This document shows positions 47,281-56,552 of a stretch of DNA of 64,000 nucleotides, one piece after another. Under the pieces are notes generated by a model. The model was not told the origin of the DNA. It saw only the letters and a program-made list of their open reading frames with translations, and searched no databases. Numbering within the stretch: the stretch's first letter is position 1; each line of letters starts with the position of its first letter. This DNA is from an uncultured Polaribacter sp. (GTDB taxonomy: Bacteria > Bacteroidota > Bacteroidia > Flavobacteriales > Flavobacteriaceae). The stretch lies in NCBI RefSeq assembly GCF_947501385.1, contig NZ_CANMVP010000024.1, forward strand, positions 11,021 through 75,020. The letters are read 5' to 3'. The position numbers and the translations under genes were made by a program.

Positions 47281-48321
47281 ATGAATAACCAAAGAGAATT
47301 AACTATTATTAATATTCTAAAAACTAATAAATCATTATCATCTAAAGAAATATTTGATAACCTTGCATTAGAGATTAGTTATGCTACCCTAAAAAGAATT
47401 TTAACAAAGTTACAATTAGAAAATACCATTGCAACTATTGGTAAAGGAAAAGCAACAAAATACAGCATTTCCCCTGCTTATGAATTATTACAACCCATTA
47501 ATTTAGATGATTACTATAAGAAAGAAATTGATGATAGAGATATTAAAGAAAAATTCAATTTAAAAGTTATTACAGAAACCTTAAATGCACATCCTATTTT
47601 TACAAAAATTGAATTAGAAAAATTACAAAACCTTCAAAACATTTACACAAATAATGTAAGGCAACTTTCTGAATCAGAATACAAAAAAGAATTAGATAGA
47701 TTAGCGATAGACTTAAGCTGGAAATCTTCTCAAATAGAAGGAAACACTTATTCTTTATTAGAAACAGAAAGATTACTAAAAGATAAAGAAACTGCTTCTG
47801 GTAAAACGAAAGAAGAAGCTATAATGTTACTAAATCATAAAGATGCGTTAGATTTTATTATAGAAAACCCAGGTTATTTACATCCTCTAGCCGTATCAAA
47901 AATTGAGGATATTCATAGCTTACTAATTAAAGAACTTGACGTTCAAAAGAATATAAGAAAAAGAAGAGTGGGTATTTCTGGCACAAATTACCGTCCGCTA
48001 GATAATGAGTTTCAAATTTCAGAAGCACTTAAATGTGCTTGTAGCTTAATAAACGCTAAAGAAAATGTCTTTGAAAAAGCACTTTTAACACTTGTATTAA
48101 TCTCTTACATACAACCTTTTATGGATGGCAATAAACGGACTGCAAGAATAGTGAGTAATGCCATTTTGATGAATAAAAATTATTGCCCATTATCATTTAG
48201 AACTGTTGACGCCATTGATTACAAGAAAGCGATGCTTTTATTCTACGAACAAAATAATATTTCTAGTTTTAAAGAAATATTTATAGCCCAATTTGAGTTT
48301 GCTGTAAATACTTATTTTTGA
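47281..48321 (+). CDS. Fic/Doc-family protein with N-terminal HTH and degenerate active site
   Basis: N-terminal helical HTH-like region, inhibitory-type SSQIEGN motif, core IQPFMDGNKRTAR. Confidence 0.88.
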   Translation: MNNQRELTIINILKTNKSLSSKEIFDNLALEISYATLKRILTKLQLENTIATIGKGKATKYSISPAYELLQPINLDDYYKKEIDDRDIKEKFNLKVITETLNAHPIFTKIELEKLQNLQNIYTNNVRQLSESEYKKELDRLAIDLSWKSSQIEGNTYSLLETERLLKDKETASGKTKEEAIMLLNHKDALDFIIENPGYLHPLAVSKIEDIHSLLIKELDVQKNIRKRRVGISGTNYRPLDNEFQISEALKCACSLINAKENVFEKALLTLVLISYIQPFMDGNKRTARIVSNAILMNKNYCPLSFRTVDAIDYKKAMLLFYEQNNISSFKEIFIAQFEFAVNTYF

Positions 48322-48329
48322 AAGATTTC

Positions 48330-48344
48330 CTTTAGGATAAAACA
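48330..48344 (+). repeat. Direct repeat copy 2 (duplicated tsf 3' end)
   Basis: ctttaggataaaaca, followed by taaaacct and ttttttattgaa as after tsf. Confidence 0.8.
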
Positions 48345-48463
48345 TTATTTTAAAACCTAGTATTTAAGCTGAATTCATTTCAGTAAATCTGTGATGTTTT
48401 TTTTATTGAATTTACAATCTAAAATTTTTCATTCAATAAAAAATAGTGCTTTTAGGTATTATT

Positions 48464-48491
48464 ATGACCATAAGTTATAACTTACAGTCAT
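48464..48491. promoter_or_regulatory. Palindrome upstream of the AAA pseudogene
   Basis: atgac ca taagttataactta ca gtcat; the central 14 bp are a perfect palindrome, 17 nt before ATG 48509. Confidence 0.5.
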
Positions 48492-48508
48492 TACAAAGGC
48501 TAAAAGTT

Positions 48509-49625
48509 ATGATTAAGCGAATACTTTCACAAACATTATTAGAAAAATTTGGCAAAGGAAAAGCCATTTTATTAAATAGGTCCACGACAAGTTGGTAAAA
48601 CCACACTTATTTACAATCTTTTAGAAAATCAACAATTTCTTTTTTTAAATGGTGATGATCCTATCGTAAGAACTCTTTTAGAAAATGCCAATACACAACA
48701 AATTAATAATATAATTGCAGAGAATAAAATTGTTTTTATTGATGAAGCGCAACGTATCGAAAATATTGGCATCACTTTAAAACTAATTACAGATCAATTT
48801 AAAGATTTGCAATTAATAGTAAGTGGTTCTTCGGCATTTGAGCTAAATAATTTAATTAATGAACCTTTAACAGGAAGAAAGTGGGAATATCACTTATACC
48901 CTATTTCTTGGGAAGAATTTGAAAACGAATTTGGCTATGTAAAATCTGAACAAGAACTAGAACTTCGCTTACGATTTGGTATGTTCCCAGATGTTATAAA
49001 TAATAAAGGGGAAGAAAATGAGGTTTTAAATGAACTTGTTACCAGTTATTTATACAAAGATATACTAGCTTTTGGAGGTATTAGAAAACCAGAAATTCTA
49101 GAAAAGTTATTAAAAGCATTGGCTTTACAAGTAGGTAGCGAAGTAAATTACAAAGAACTTTCTCGATTAATTGGCGTTAGTAAAAATACTATAAACAGTT
49201 ATATAGATTTATTAGCAAAAGGCTACGTAATTTTTAAACTGCCTAACTTCAGTAAAAATTTGAGAACCGAAATTAGAACCAACCAAAAAATATATTTTTA
49301 TGATAATGGGGTTAGGAATGCCATTATTGGCAATTTTAATCCTTTAGATTTAAGAATAGATGTTGGCTTATTATGGGAAAACTTTTTAATATCAGAACGA
49401 CTTAAAAAAAATGACTATTACAAATTAAAGGCAACTCCTTTTTTTTGGCGAACATAACAACAACAAGAAATAGATTTTATTGAAGAAACTAGCAGTAATT
49501 TAAAAGCATTTGAGTTTAAATGGAAAGCAAGCACAAAGATAAAAATTCCTAAAACGTTTACGAATACTTACAATACTGATGTGAAAATTATTGATCAAAA
49601 TAATTTTAGAGAGTTTGTAAAATAA
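48509..49625 (+). pseudogene. AAA_14 + DUF4143 ATPase, disrupted
   Basis: Extra A at about 48574-48576 just before Walker A (GPRQVGKT); Walker B FIDEAQR; in-frame TAA at 49455-49457; the frame continues QQQEIDFIEE..AFEFKW to TAA 49623-49625. Confidence 0.85.
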
Positions 49626-49865
49626 GTAAAAATACTCGCTCGATTTCTAAATCTTAACGGTAAAAGCTTAGTTATAATAGTAAGTACAAAGATAAGTCCA
49701 AAACCTATTAAATTTGGAATTCAAAATGGATTGATAATTTACTAGGTAAGTTCACAAATTTACAAGATTTTTTATTTTATCAAAAAAAGAAAATCAAAAA
49801 AAAAACGTAGTTTTGCACAACTTTGTTTCTACAAAAGTGGAAATCTAAAAAATCAAGGAAACCAG

Positions 49866-50573
49866 ATGCAATACAAAAGAATTCTTTTAAAATTAAGCGG
49901 AGAAGCTTTAATGGGCGAAAGACAATACGGAATTGATCCAAAACGTTTGGCTGAGTACGCAAAAGAAATAAAAGAAGTCGTAGAAAAAGGGGTAGAAGTT
50001 GCTATTGTAATTGGTGGTGGAAATATCTTTAGAGGCGTTGCAGGTGCTGCAAATGGTATGGATCGTGTGCAAGGAGATCATATGGGTATGTTGGCCACTT
50101 GTATCAACGGTTTGGCATTGCAGAGCGCCTTAGAAGACGAAGATGTAGATACACGCTTACAAACCGCTTTAGAAATTAAAGAAGTTGCAGAACCTTATAT
50201 TAAAAGAAAAGCAATTCGCCATTTAGAAAAAGGAAGAGTTGTTATTTTTGGTGCTGGAACAGGAAACCCCTATTTTACAACAGATACCGCAGCCGTGTTA
50301 AGAGCTATTGAAGTAAATGCAGATGCTATTTTAAAAGGAACCCGTGTAGACGGAATTTACAATGTAGATCCAGAAAAAGATAAAAATGCTGTAAAGTTTG
50401 AAACGATTACTTTTAAAGACGTGATTAAAAAAGGTTTAAAAGTAATGGATATGACGGCATTTACATTGAGTGAAGAAAATAAATTACCAATTATTGTGTT
50501 TGATATGAACACAGACGGCAACCTATTAAAATTGGTTTCTGGAGAAAAAATTGGTACTATTGTTGATATTTAA
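49866..50573 (+). CDS. pyrH: Uridylate kinase
   Basis: [26 protein letters not shown] and [10 protein letters not shown] motifs. Confidence 0.98.
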   Translation: MQYKRILLKLSGEALMGERQYGIDPKRLAEYAKEIKEVVEKGVEVAIVIGGGNIFRGVAGAANGMDRVQGDHMGMLATCINGLALQSALEDEDVDTRLQTALEIKEVAEPYIKRKAIRHLEKGRVVIFGAGTGNPYFTTDTAAVLRAIEVNADAILKGTRVDGIYNVDPEKDKNAVKFETITFKDVIKKGLKVMDMTAFTLSEENKLPIIVFDMNTDGNLLKLVSGEKIGTIVDI

Positions 50574-50628
50574 TTGCACAAAGTTTCTCTAAAGTATTTA
50601 CTTTTGAGTTTCTTATAAAAATAAAAAT

Positions 50629-50676
50629 GTCATTCCTGTGAAATTGATACTCAAATTGATTGGGTAACAGGAATCT
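50629..50676. repeat. REP-like palindrome interrupted by a 23-nt insert
   Basis: gtcattcctgtgaa[attgatactcaaattgattgggt]aacaggaatct versus the uninterrupted reverse complement of 13558-13582, gttattcctgtgaaaacaggaatcc. Confidence 0.7.
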
Positions 50677-50701
50677 AAAAATCTTTAAAAATATACTGAA
50701 G

Positions 50702-51256
50702 ATGAACGAAGAAATCGAATTCATATTAGACACAGCTAAAGAAGCAATGGACAGTGCCATTACTCATTTAGAAAAAGAATTACGCTCTATTAGAGCTGGT
50801 AGAGCAACGCCTGCAATGTTAGGAACCGTAATGGTAGATTATTATGGTTCTCAAACACCATTAAGCCAGGTTGCCAATGTAAATACGCCAGATCCAAGAA
50901 CGCTAAGCATTCAACCTTGGGAAAAAGGCATGTTGCAAAACATCGAAAAAGCAATTCAAATAGCGAACCTAGGCTTAAACCCCATGAACAATGGTGATTT
51001 GATCATGATTAACGTACCACCGTTAACAGAAGAAAGAAGAATTGGTTTGGCAAAACAAGCAAAAGCAGAAGCTGAACATGCTAAAGTTGGAATTAGAAAT
51101 GCGCGTAAAGATGCAAACAACGAAATCAAAAAAATAGATATTTCTGACGATATGAAAAAAATTGCAGAAGATGACGTTCAAAAACTAACAGACTCTTTTG
51201 TAAAAAAAACAGAAGATATTCTTTCTATAAAAGAAAAAGAGATTATGACCGTTTAA
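50702..51256 (+). CDS. frr: Ribosome recycling factor
   Basis: IRAGRATP, VDYYGS.TPLSQVA and PPLTEERR motifs. Start at ATG 50702. Confidence 0.97.
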   Translation: MNEEIEFILDTAKEAMDSAITHLEKELRSIRAGRATPAMLGTVMVDYYGSQTPLSQVANVNTPDPRTLSIQPWEKGMLQNIEKAIQIANLGLNPMNNGDLIMINVPPLTEERRIGLAKQAKAEAEHAKVGIRNARKDANNEIKKIDISDDMKKIAEDDVQKLTDSFVKKTEDILSIKEKEIMTV

Positions 51257-51279
51257 ATAAAATGGCGAAATTAGAATTG

Positions 51280-51309
51280 AAAAGGGTGTTTTATAAACAC
51301 TCTTTTTTT
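51280..51309 (+). terminator. Intrinsic terminator after frr
   Basis: aaaagggtgttt tat aaacactctttt hairpin followed by a T run. Confidence 0.7.
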
Positions 51310-51356
51310 GTTGAAATCACTTCTACAATTTAGCTATCTTTGTAGAAATTTTTTGA

Positions 51357-53732
51357 ATGAATTTCTGGACAAAAGTTGCTGGTATTATTTTAAGAAACCG
51401 CTACTTGGTTTTATTAATAATTGCCGTTATTACAGGTTTATTAGCATCGCAGATGAAGTATATGAAATTCTCATATACCGAAGCAAATCTACTTCCAGAA
51501 GATCACATTGCGAATGTAGAATACAATAAGTTTTTAGAGATTTTTGGTGAAGAAGGCAATTTAGTAATTCTTGGCGTTAAAGATCCCAGCGTTTTTACAC
51601 CGCAAAAATTTAACGCTTGGAACAAGTTAGTTGAACAATTTGACGAAAGAGAAGAAATAGATTTTACCATTTCTATAGCCGATGTTCAAAAACTAAAAGC
51701 AGATAGAAAAAATAGAAAATTTGTTCTAGAACCCTTATACGAGAAAAACCCTACCACTTCAGAAGAAGTACAAGCCATAAAAAAACAACTTTTTGAAAAG
51801 CTTCCTTTTTACGATAATTTATTATTTAACAAAGAAACAGGAACTTTACAAACCGCTATTTACATTAAAAAAGAAATTATAAATACGCCAAAACGTAGAG
51901 ATTTTATTTTTGATGTTTTAACTCCTGCTATAAAAAAATTCGAAGAAGAAAACAACTTAGATGTTCGTGTTTCTGGAATGCCCTATATTAGGACTTTAAA
52001 TGCACAAAATATTCAAGATGAAATTCTACTCTTTGTAGTTGGTGCCTTAGGAATTACCGCACTTATTTTCTTCTTCTTTTTCCGTTCTTTTAGAGCCACT
52101 TTTATTACCCTTTTAGTAGTAATGATTGGTGTTGTTTGGGCCTTTGGGTTTATTGGTTTGTTCCGCTATGAAATTACAGTTCTATCTGCTTTAATACCAC
52201 CTTTAATTATTGTAATTGGTGTCCCAAATGCGGTTTTCTTGATTAATAAATATCAACAAGAAATAAAAAAACATGGGCAACAAGCCAAAGCGCTACAACG
52301 AGTTATTTCTAAAATTGGAAACGCCACTTTAATGACCAACATTACAACCGCATCTGGTTTTGCAACCTTTGTTTTTGTAAAAAGCGATTTATTACGTGAA
52401 TTCGGAATTTTAGCTTCTGTAAACATCATCAGTATTTTTATTTTGGCATTGTTAATCGTTCCGATTATTTATAGTTTTATGCCACTTCCAAAGAAAAAGC
52501 ATTTGAGTCATCTTGAAAAAAGATGGATCGAAAATGTAGTAGATTGGATGGAAAAAATGGTCAGAAACCAAAGAATTACTATTTATTTTGCAACCGTTTT
52601 AGTCATTGTTTTAAGCATCATTGGCGTTTATAAAATAAAAGTTTCTGGGAGTTTAATCGAAGACATGCCCAAACAAATGGATTTCTATAAAGACATTAAA
52701 TTCTTTGAAAGAGAGTTTGGTGGTATTATGCCTTTAGAAATTTTAATTGACACAAAAAAAGACAAAGGTGTTATGAAGCTTTCCACTTTAAAAAAGATGG
52801 AAAAGTTAAATGAAGCCATAGAAACTTTTCCTGAATTATCGAAACCAATTTCGGTTGTAAATCTTGTTAAATACTCGAAACAAGCTTATTATAAGGGGAA
52901 TCCTAAATACTATCAATTACCCACAAATCAAGAACAAGGCTATATTTTTTCCTATACTAAAAATTCAAATAATGATGCTGGCATGCTAAAAACCTTTGTA
53001 GATGCTACAGGACGTTATGCAAGAATTACCACATTTATGAAAGATATTGGTACCGATAAAATGGATATCATTCAAGAACGATTAAAAGCCGTAATTGCGA
53101 AAGAATTTCCTTCAGATACATATAATGTTTCTCTAACTGGAAAAGCATTGGTTTTTATAAAAGGAACCAATTATTTGATTAATAATTTAGTCATTTCTTT
53201 GTCTTTAGCTATTTTCTTAATTGCCATATTTATGGCATGGATGTTTAGATCGCCACAAATGATTCTAATTTCTTTGGTTCCGAATATGCTTCCGTTATTA
53301 ATCACTGCAGGTTTGATGGGCTTTTTAAATATTCCTATAAAACCATCCACAATATTGGTGTTTAGTATCGCCTTTGGTATTTCAGTAGATGATACCATTC
53401 ACTTTTTAGCAAAATACAGACAGGAATTAATTGCGAATAAATGGAAAATAAAACCCTCTGTTTATGCAGCTTTAAGAGAAACGGGCGTAAGTATGTTTTA
53501 TACTTCTATTGTTTTATTCTTCGGGTTTTTAGTATTTACGCTTTCTAGTTTTGGAGGTACCATTGCATTGGGTGGCTTAGTGTCTGTAACCTTATTACTA
53601 GCAATGGTTTCTAACTTATTATTATTGCCTTCGCTCTTATTAACCTTTGAGAAAAAGATAGCCAATAAAAAAGTATTTAAAGAACCAGCGATGAAAATTT
53701 TTCCGCCTAAAGAAGATGATTTAGAAAAATAA
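51357..53732 (+). CDS. MMPL/RND-superfamily membrane transporter
   Basis: Two TM repeats with large extramembrane domains; GISVDDTIHF and TNITTASGF motifs; TATCTTTG -7 box at 51335-51342. Confidence 0.88.
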   Translation: MNFWTKVAGIILRNRYLVLLIIAVITGLLASQMKYMKFSYTEANLLPEDHIANVEYNKFLEIFGEEGNLVILGVKDPSVFTPQKFNAWNKLVEQFDEREEIDFTISIADVQKLKADRKNRKFVLEPLYEKNPTTSEEVQAIKKQLFEKLPFYDNLLFNKETGTLQTAIYIKKEIINTPKRRDFIFDVLTPAIKKFEEENNLDVRVSGMPYIRTLNAQNIQDEILLFVVGALGITALIFFFFFRSFRATFITLLVVMIGVVWAFGFIGLFRYEITVLSALIPPLIIVIGVPNAVFLINKYQQEIKKHGQQAKALQRVISKIGNATLMTNITTASGFATFVFVKSDLLREFGILASVNIISIFILALLIVPIIYSFMPLPKKKHLSHLEKRWIENVVDWMEKMVRNQRITIYFATVLVIVLSIIGVYKIKVSGSLIEDMPKQMDFYKDIKFFEREFGGIMPLEILIDTKKDKGVMKLSTLKKMEKLNEAIETFPELSKPISVVNLVKYSKQAYYKGNPKYYQLPTNQEQGYIFSYTKNSNNDAGMLKTFVDATGRYARITTFMKDIGTDKMDIIQERLKAVIAKEFPSDTYNVSLTGKALVFIKGTNYLINNLVISLSLAIFLIAIFMAWMFRSPQMILISLVPNMLPLLITAGLMGFLNIPIKPSTILVFSIAFGISVDDTIHFLAKYRQELIANKWKIKPSVYAALRETGVSMFYTSIVLFFGFLVFTLSSFGGTIALGGLVSVTLLLAMVSNLLLLPSLLLTFEKKIANKKVFKEPAMKIFPPKEDDLEK

Positions 53733-53778
53733 ATATTGGACATTTCCGCACTTTAATTGCGGAAATGTCCAATATTTA
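53730..53778. promoter_or_regulatory. 21-bp perfect inverted repeat between the MMPL and AAA ATPase genes
   Basis: taaatattggacatttccgca / tgcggaaatgtccaatattta with a 7-nt spacer, followed by TATTTTTG (53782-53789). Confidence 0.7.
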
Positions 53779-53793
53779 AAGTATTTTTGAGAT

Positions 53794-54957
53794 ATGATTC
53801 AAAGAGAAATAACTAAAACATTGCTTGAGGTGAGTAATTATTATTCTGTAATAACTGTTACTGGACCTAGACAATCAGGAAAAACAACCTTAATAAAAAG
53901 TGTTTTTAATCAATTACCCTATTTTTTATTAGAAAATCCAGAAACTAGAAAAAGAGTATTTGATGATCCAAAAGGCTTTTTAGAAAATTTACCTAAAGGA
54001 GCAATATTAGATGAAGCTCAAAATGTACCTGAACTATTTTCATACATACAAGGTATTGTTGACGATAATAGAGATATTCTTTTTGTACTTTCCGGATCTC
54101 AAAATTTTTTATTATTAGATAAAATAAAACAGACTTTAGCGGGAAGAACAGCTATTATAAAATTATTACCTTTTTCAAATCAAGAATTAAAAAATACTAA
54201 TTATTGGCAAAATAAACCTTTAGAATTTGTTTATAAAGGAATGTATCCGAGTATTTACGATAGAAATATTCCGCCAAAAATATTTTATGGAAACTACATA
54301 CAAACATATATAGAAAGGGATGTAGGTTCTATTAGAAATATTGGAAATCTTACAAGTTTCACTAATTTTTTGAGTTTATGTGCAGGTAGAGTTGGGCAAA
54401 TTTTAAATTTAGATTCCTTAGCCTCAGATGCAGGAATAGCTCCAAATACAGCAAGAGATTGGTTGTCAATTCTAGAAGCAACTTATATTGTTCATCTCTT
54501 AAAACCTCATTATAAAAATTTTAATAAACGGTTGATAAAACGTCCCAAATTATATTTTTATGATACAGGTTTGGCGTGTAATTTATTGCAAATTAAAAGT
54601 ATAGCAGAATTACAAGTTCATTTTGCAAAAGGAAATTTATTTGAGAATTATATTATAAATGAACTCCTGAAAAATAAATTAAACAAAGGTCAAATGTCAA
54701 ATTTATATTTTTGGAGAGATAAACACGGTAAAGAAATAGATTGTGTTGTAGAAAAAGCAAATTCAATGATTCCTATCGAAATAAAATCGAGTGTAACCTA
54801 TCAAAAAGAGCATTTTAAAAACATGACTTATTGGAATAAGCTGGCAGACAATCCCAAAGAAAATGGATATTTGGTTTATGCTGGTACAAATGATGATGTT
54901 TTACCTTATGGGAATTTAATAAGCTGGAAGAATTTGGATGCAATTGATTTGAACTAA
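53794..54957 (+). CDS. AAA_14 + DUF4143 ATPase (intact)
   Basis: Walker A GPRQSGKT, Walker B ILDEAQ, SGSQNF, KLYFYDTGL; C-terminal EIDC..IPIEIK resembles a PD-(D/E)xK motif. Confidence 0.9.
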   Translation: MIQREITKTLLEVSNYYSVITVTGPRQSGKTTLIKSVFNQLPYFLLENPETRKRVFDDPKGFLENLPKGAILDEAQNVPELFSYIQGIVDDNRDILFVLSGSQNFLLLDKIKQTLAGRTAIIKLLPFSNQELKNTNYWQNKPLEFVYKGMYPSIYDRNIPPKIFYGNYIQTYIERDVGSIRNIGNLTSFTNFLSLCAGRVGQILNLDSLASDAGIAPNTARDWLSILEATYIVHLLKPHYKNFNKRLIKRPKLYFYDTGLACNLLQIKSIAELQVHFAKGNLFENYIINELLKNKLNKGQMSNLYFWRDKHGKEIDCVVEKANSMIPIEIKSSVTYQKEHFKNMTYWNKLADNPKENGYLVYAGTNDDVLPYGNLISWKNLDAIDLN

Positions 54958-55091
54958 TTTTTTATCTAAGAATTTTTAAATACAAACTCAGATTGCTGTA
55001 TATAATTTTATAAAATACAGAACAAATTATAGCAAAAAAAGTATCTTTACTCTTTTAAAAAAGACGATTTTCGAATACAATATATTTAATA

Positions 55092-56528
55092 ATGATGGTG
55101 AAAAGTAACGTAGCAGAAATCTTAAAATCAGGTACCGTTTTACAAGAAATAATCCTAAAAGGCTGGGTTAGAACCTTTAGAAGTAATCGTTTTGTTGCTT
55201 TAAATGACGGTTCTACAATTAACAACATACAATGTGTGATCGATTTTGAAAACACATCAGAAGATACTTTAAAAAGAATTACTACAGGAGCAGCAATTGC
55301 TGTAAAAGGAATTTTAGCGGAAAGCCAAGGAAAAGGACAGTCTGTAGAAGTTCAGGTTTCTGAAATAGAAATTTTGGGGGATTCTAATCCAGATGAATAT
55401 CCTATTCAACCCAAAAAACACAGTTTTGAATTTTTAAGAGAAAATGCACACTTACGTGTAAGAACAAATACATTTAGTGCGGTTATGAGAGTGCGTTCTA
55501 AGCTTTCTTTTGCGGTACATAAATACTTTCAAGACAATGGTTTTAATTATGTGAATACGCCAATTGTTACAGGTTCAGATGCAGAAGGTGCTGGTGAAAT
55601 GTTTCGAGTTACTTCTTTTGAAGATAATAAAGCGCCAGTAACAGAAGATGGTAAAATAGATTATGCGAAAGATTTCTTCGGAAAAGAAACCAACTTAACC
55701 GTTTCTGGTCAATTAGAGGCAGAAGCCTATGCAATGGCTTTAGGAAAAGTTTATACTTTTGGGCCGACATTTAGAGCAGAAAATTCAAATACAACACGTC
55801 ACTTAGCAGAATTCTGGATGATAGAGCCCGAAGTTGCTTTTATGGATTTAGATGGCAATATGGATTTGGCAGAAGATTTTATAAAAGCTGTTTTAAGTTA
55901 TGTGCTAGAAAACTGTAAAGAAGATTTAGCCTTTTTAGACCAACGTTTTACACAAGAAGAAAAAACAAAACCACAATTACAAAGAAGTGAAATGAGTTTG
56001 TTAGAAAAACTCAAATTTGTGGCTGAAAATAATTTTAAAAGAGTTTCTTATACAGAAGCAATAGACATTCTTAGAAACTCTAAACCTAATAAAAAGAAGA
56101 AATTTCAATATCCTATTCATGAATGGGGCGCAGATTTACAATCTGAACACGAACGTTTTTTGGTTGAAAAACATTTCAAATGTCCCGTAATTTTGTTCGA
56201 TTATCCAGCAGATATTAAAGCATTTTACATGCGTTTAAATGAAGATGGAAAAACCGTAAGAGCCATGGATGTTTTATTTCCTGGAATTGGAGAAATGGTA
56301 GGTGGCGCGCAACGTGAAGAGCGTTATGACGTTTTAATTGAAAAAATGAAAGCCATGAATATTGATAAAAAAGAACTTTGGTGGTATTTAGATTTACGTA
56401 AATTTGGTACAGCTGTGCATTCTGGTTTTGGTTTAGGTTTTGAAAGATTGGTACAATTTACAACAGGTATGGGAAATATTAGAGACGTAATTCCGTTTCC
56501 AAGAACACCACAAAACGCAGAATTTTAA
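55092..56528 (+). CDS. asnS: Asparagine--tRNA ligase
   Basis: GWVRTFR, LTVSGQLEAE, FRAENSNTTRHLAEFWMIEPE and GFGLGFERL motifs. Confidence 0.97.
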   Translation: MMVKSNVAEILKSGTVLQEIILKGWVRTFRSNRFVALNDGSTINNIQCVIDFENTSEDTLKRITTGAAIAVKGILAESQGKGQSVEVQVSEIEILGDSNPDEYPIQPKKHSFEFLRENAHLRVRTNTFSAVMRVRSKLSFAVHKYFQDNGFNYVNTPIVTGSDAEGAGEMFRVTSFEDNKAPVTEDGKIDYAKDFFGKETNLTVSGQLEAEAYAMALGKVYTFGPTFRAENSNTTRHLAEFWMIEPEVAFMDLDGNMDLAEDFIKAVLSYVLENCKEDLAFLDQRFTQEEKTKPQLQRSEMSLLEKLKFVAENNFKRVSYTEAIDILRNSKPNKKKKFQYPIHEWGADLQSEHERFLVEKHFKCPVILFDYPADIKAFYMRLNEDGKTVRAMDVLFPGIGEMVGGAQREERYDVLIEKMKAMNIDKKELWWYLDLRKFGTAVHSGFGLGFERLVQFTTGMGNIRDVIPFPRTPQNAEF

Positions 56529-56552
56529 TCAGATTTTTGTATCTTTAAAAAT

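Noticed and set aside
49635-49652. Third copy of the tsf terminator repeat after the AAA pseudogene
   Set aside because: Only ctcgatttc (9 bp) matches; too short to support a cassette array.
44095-50701. N-terminal extensions given by the ORF track for rplM, rpsB, tsf and frr (also four-helix, copA, cusB-like, Trx and phosphoesterase)
   Set aside because: They start at upstream TTG/ATG codons in intergenic or repeat DNA; downstream ATGs match the known family N-termini.
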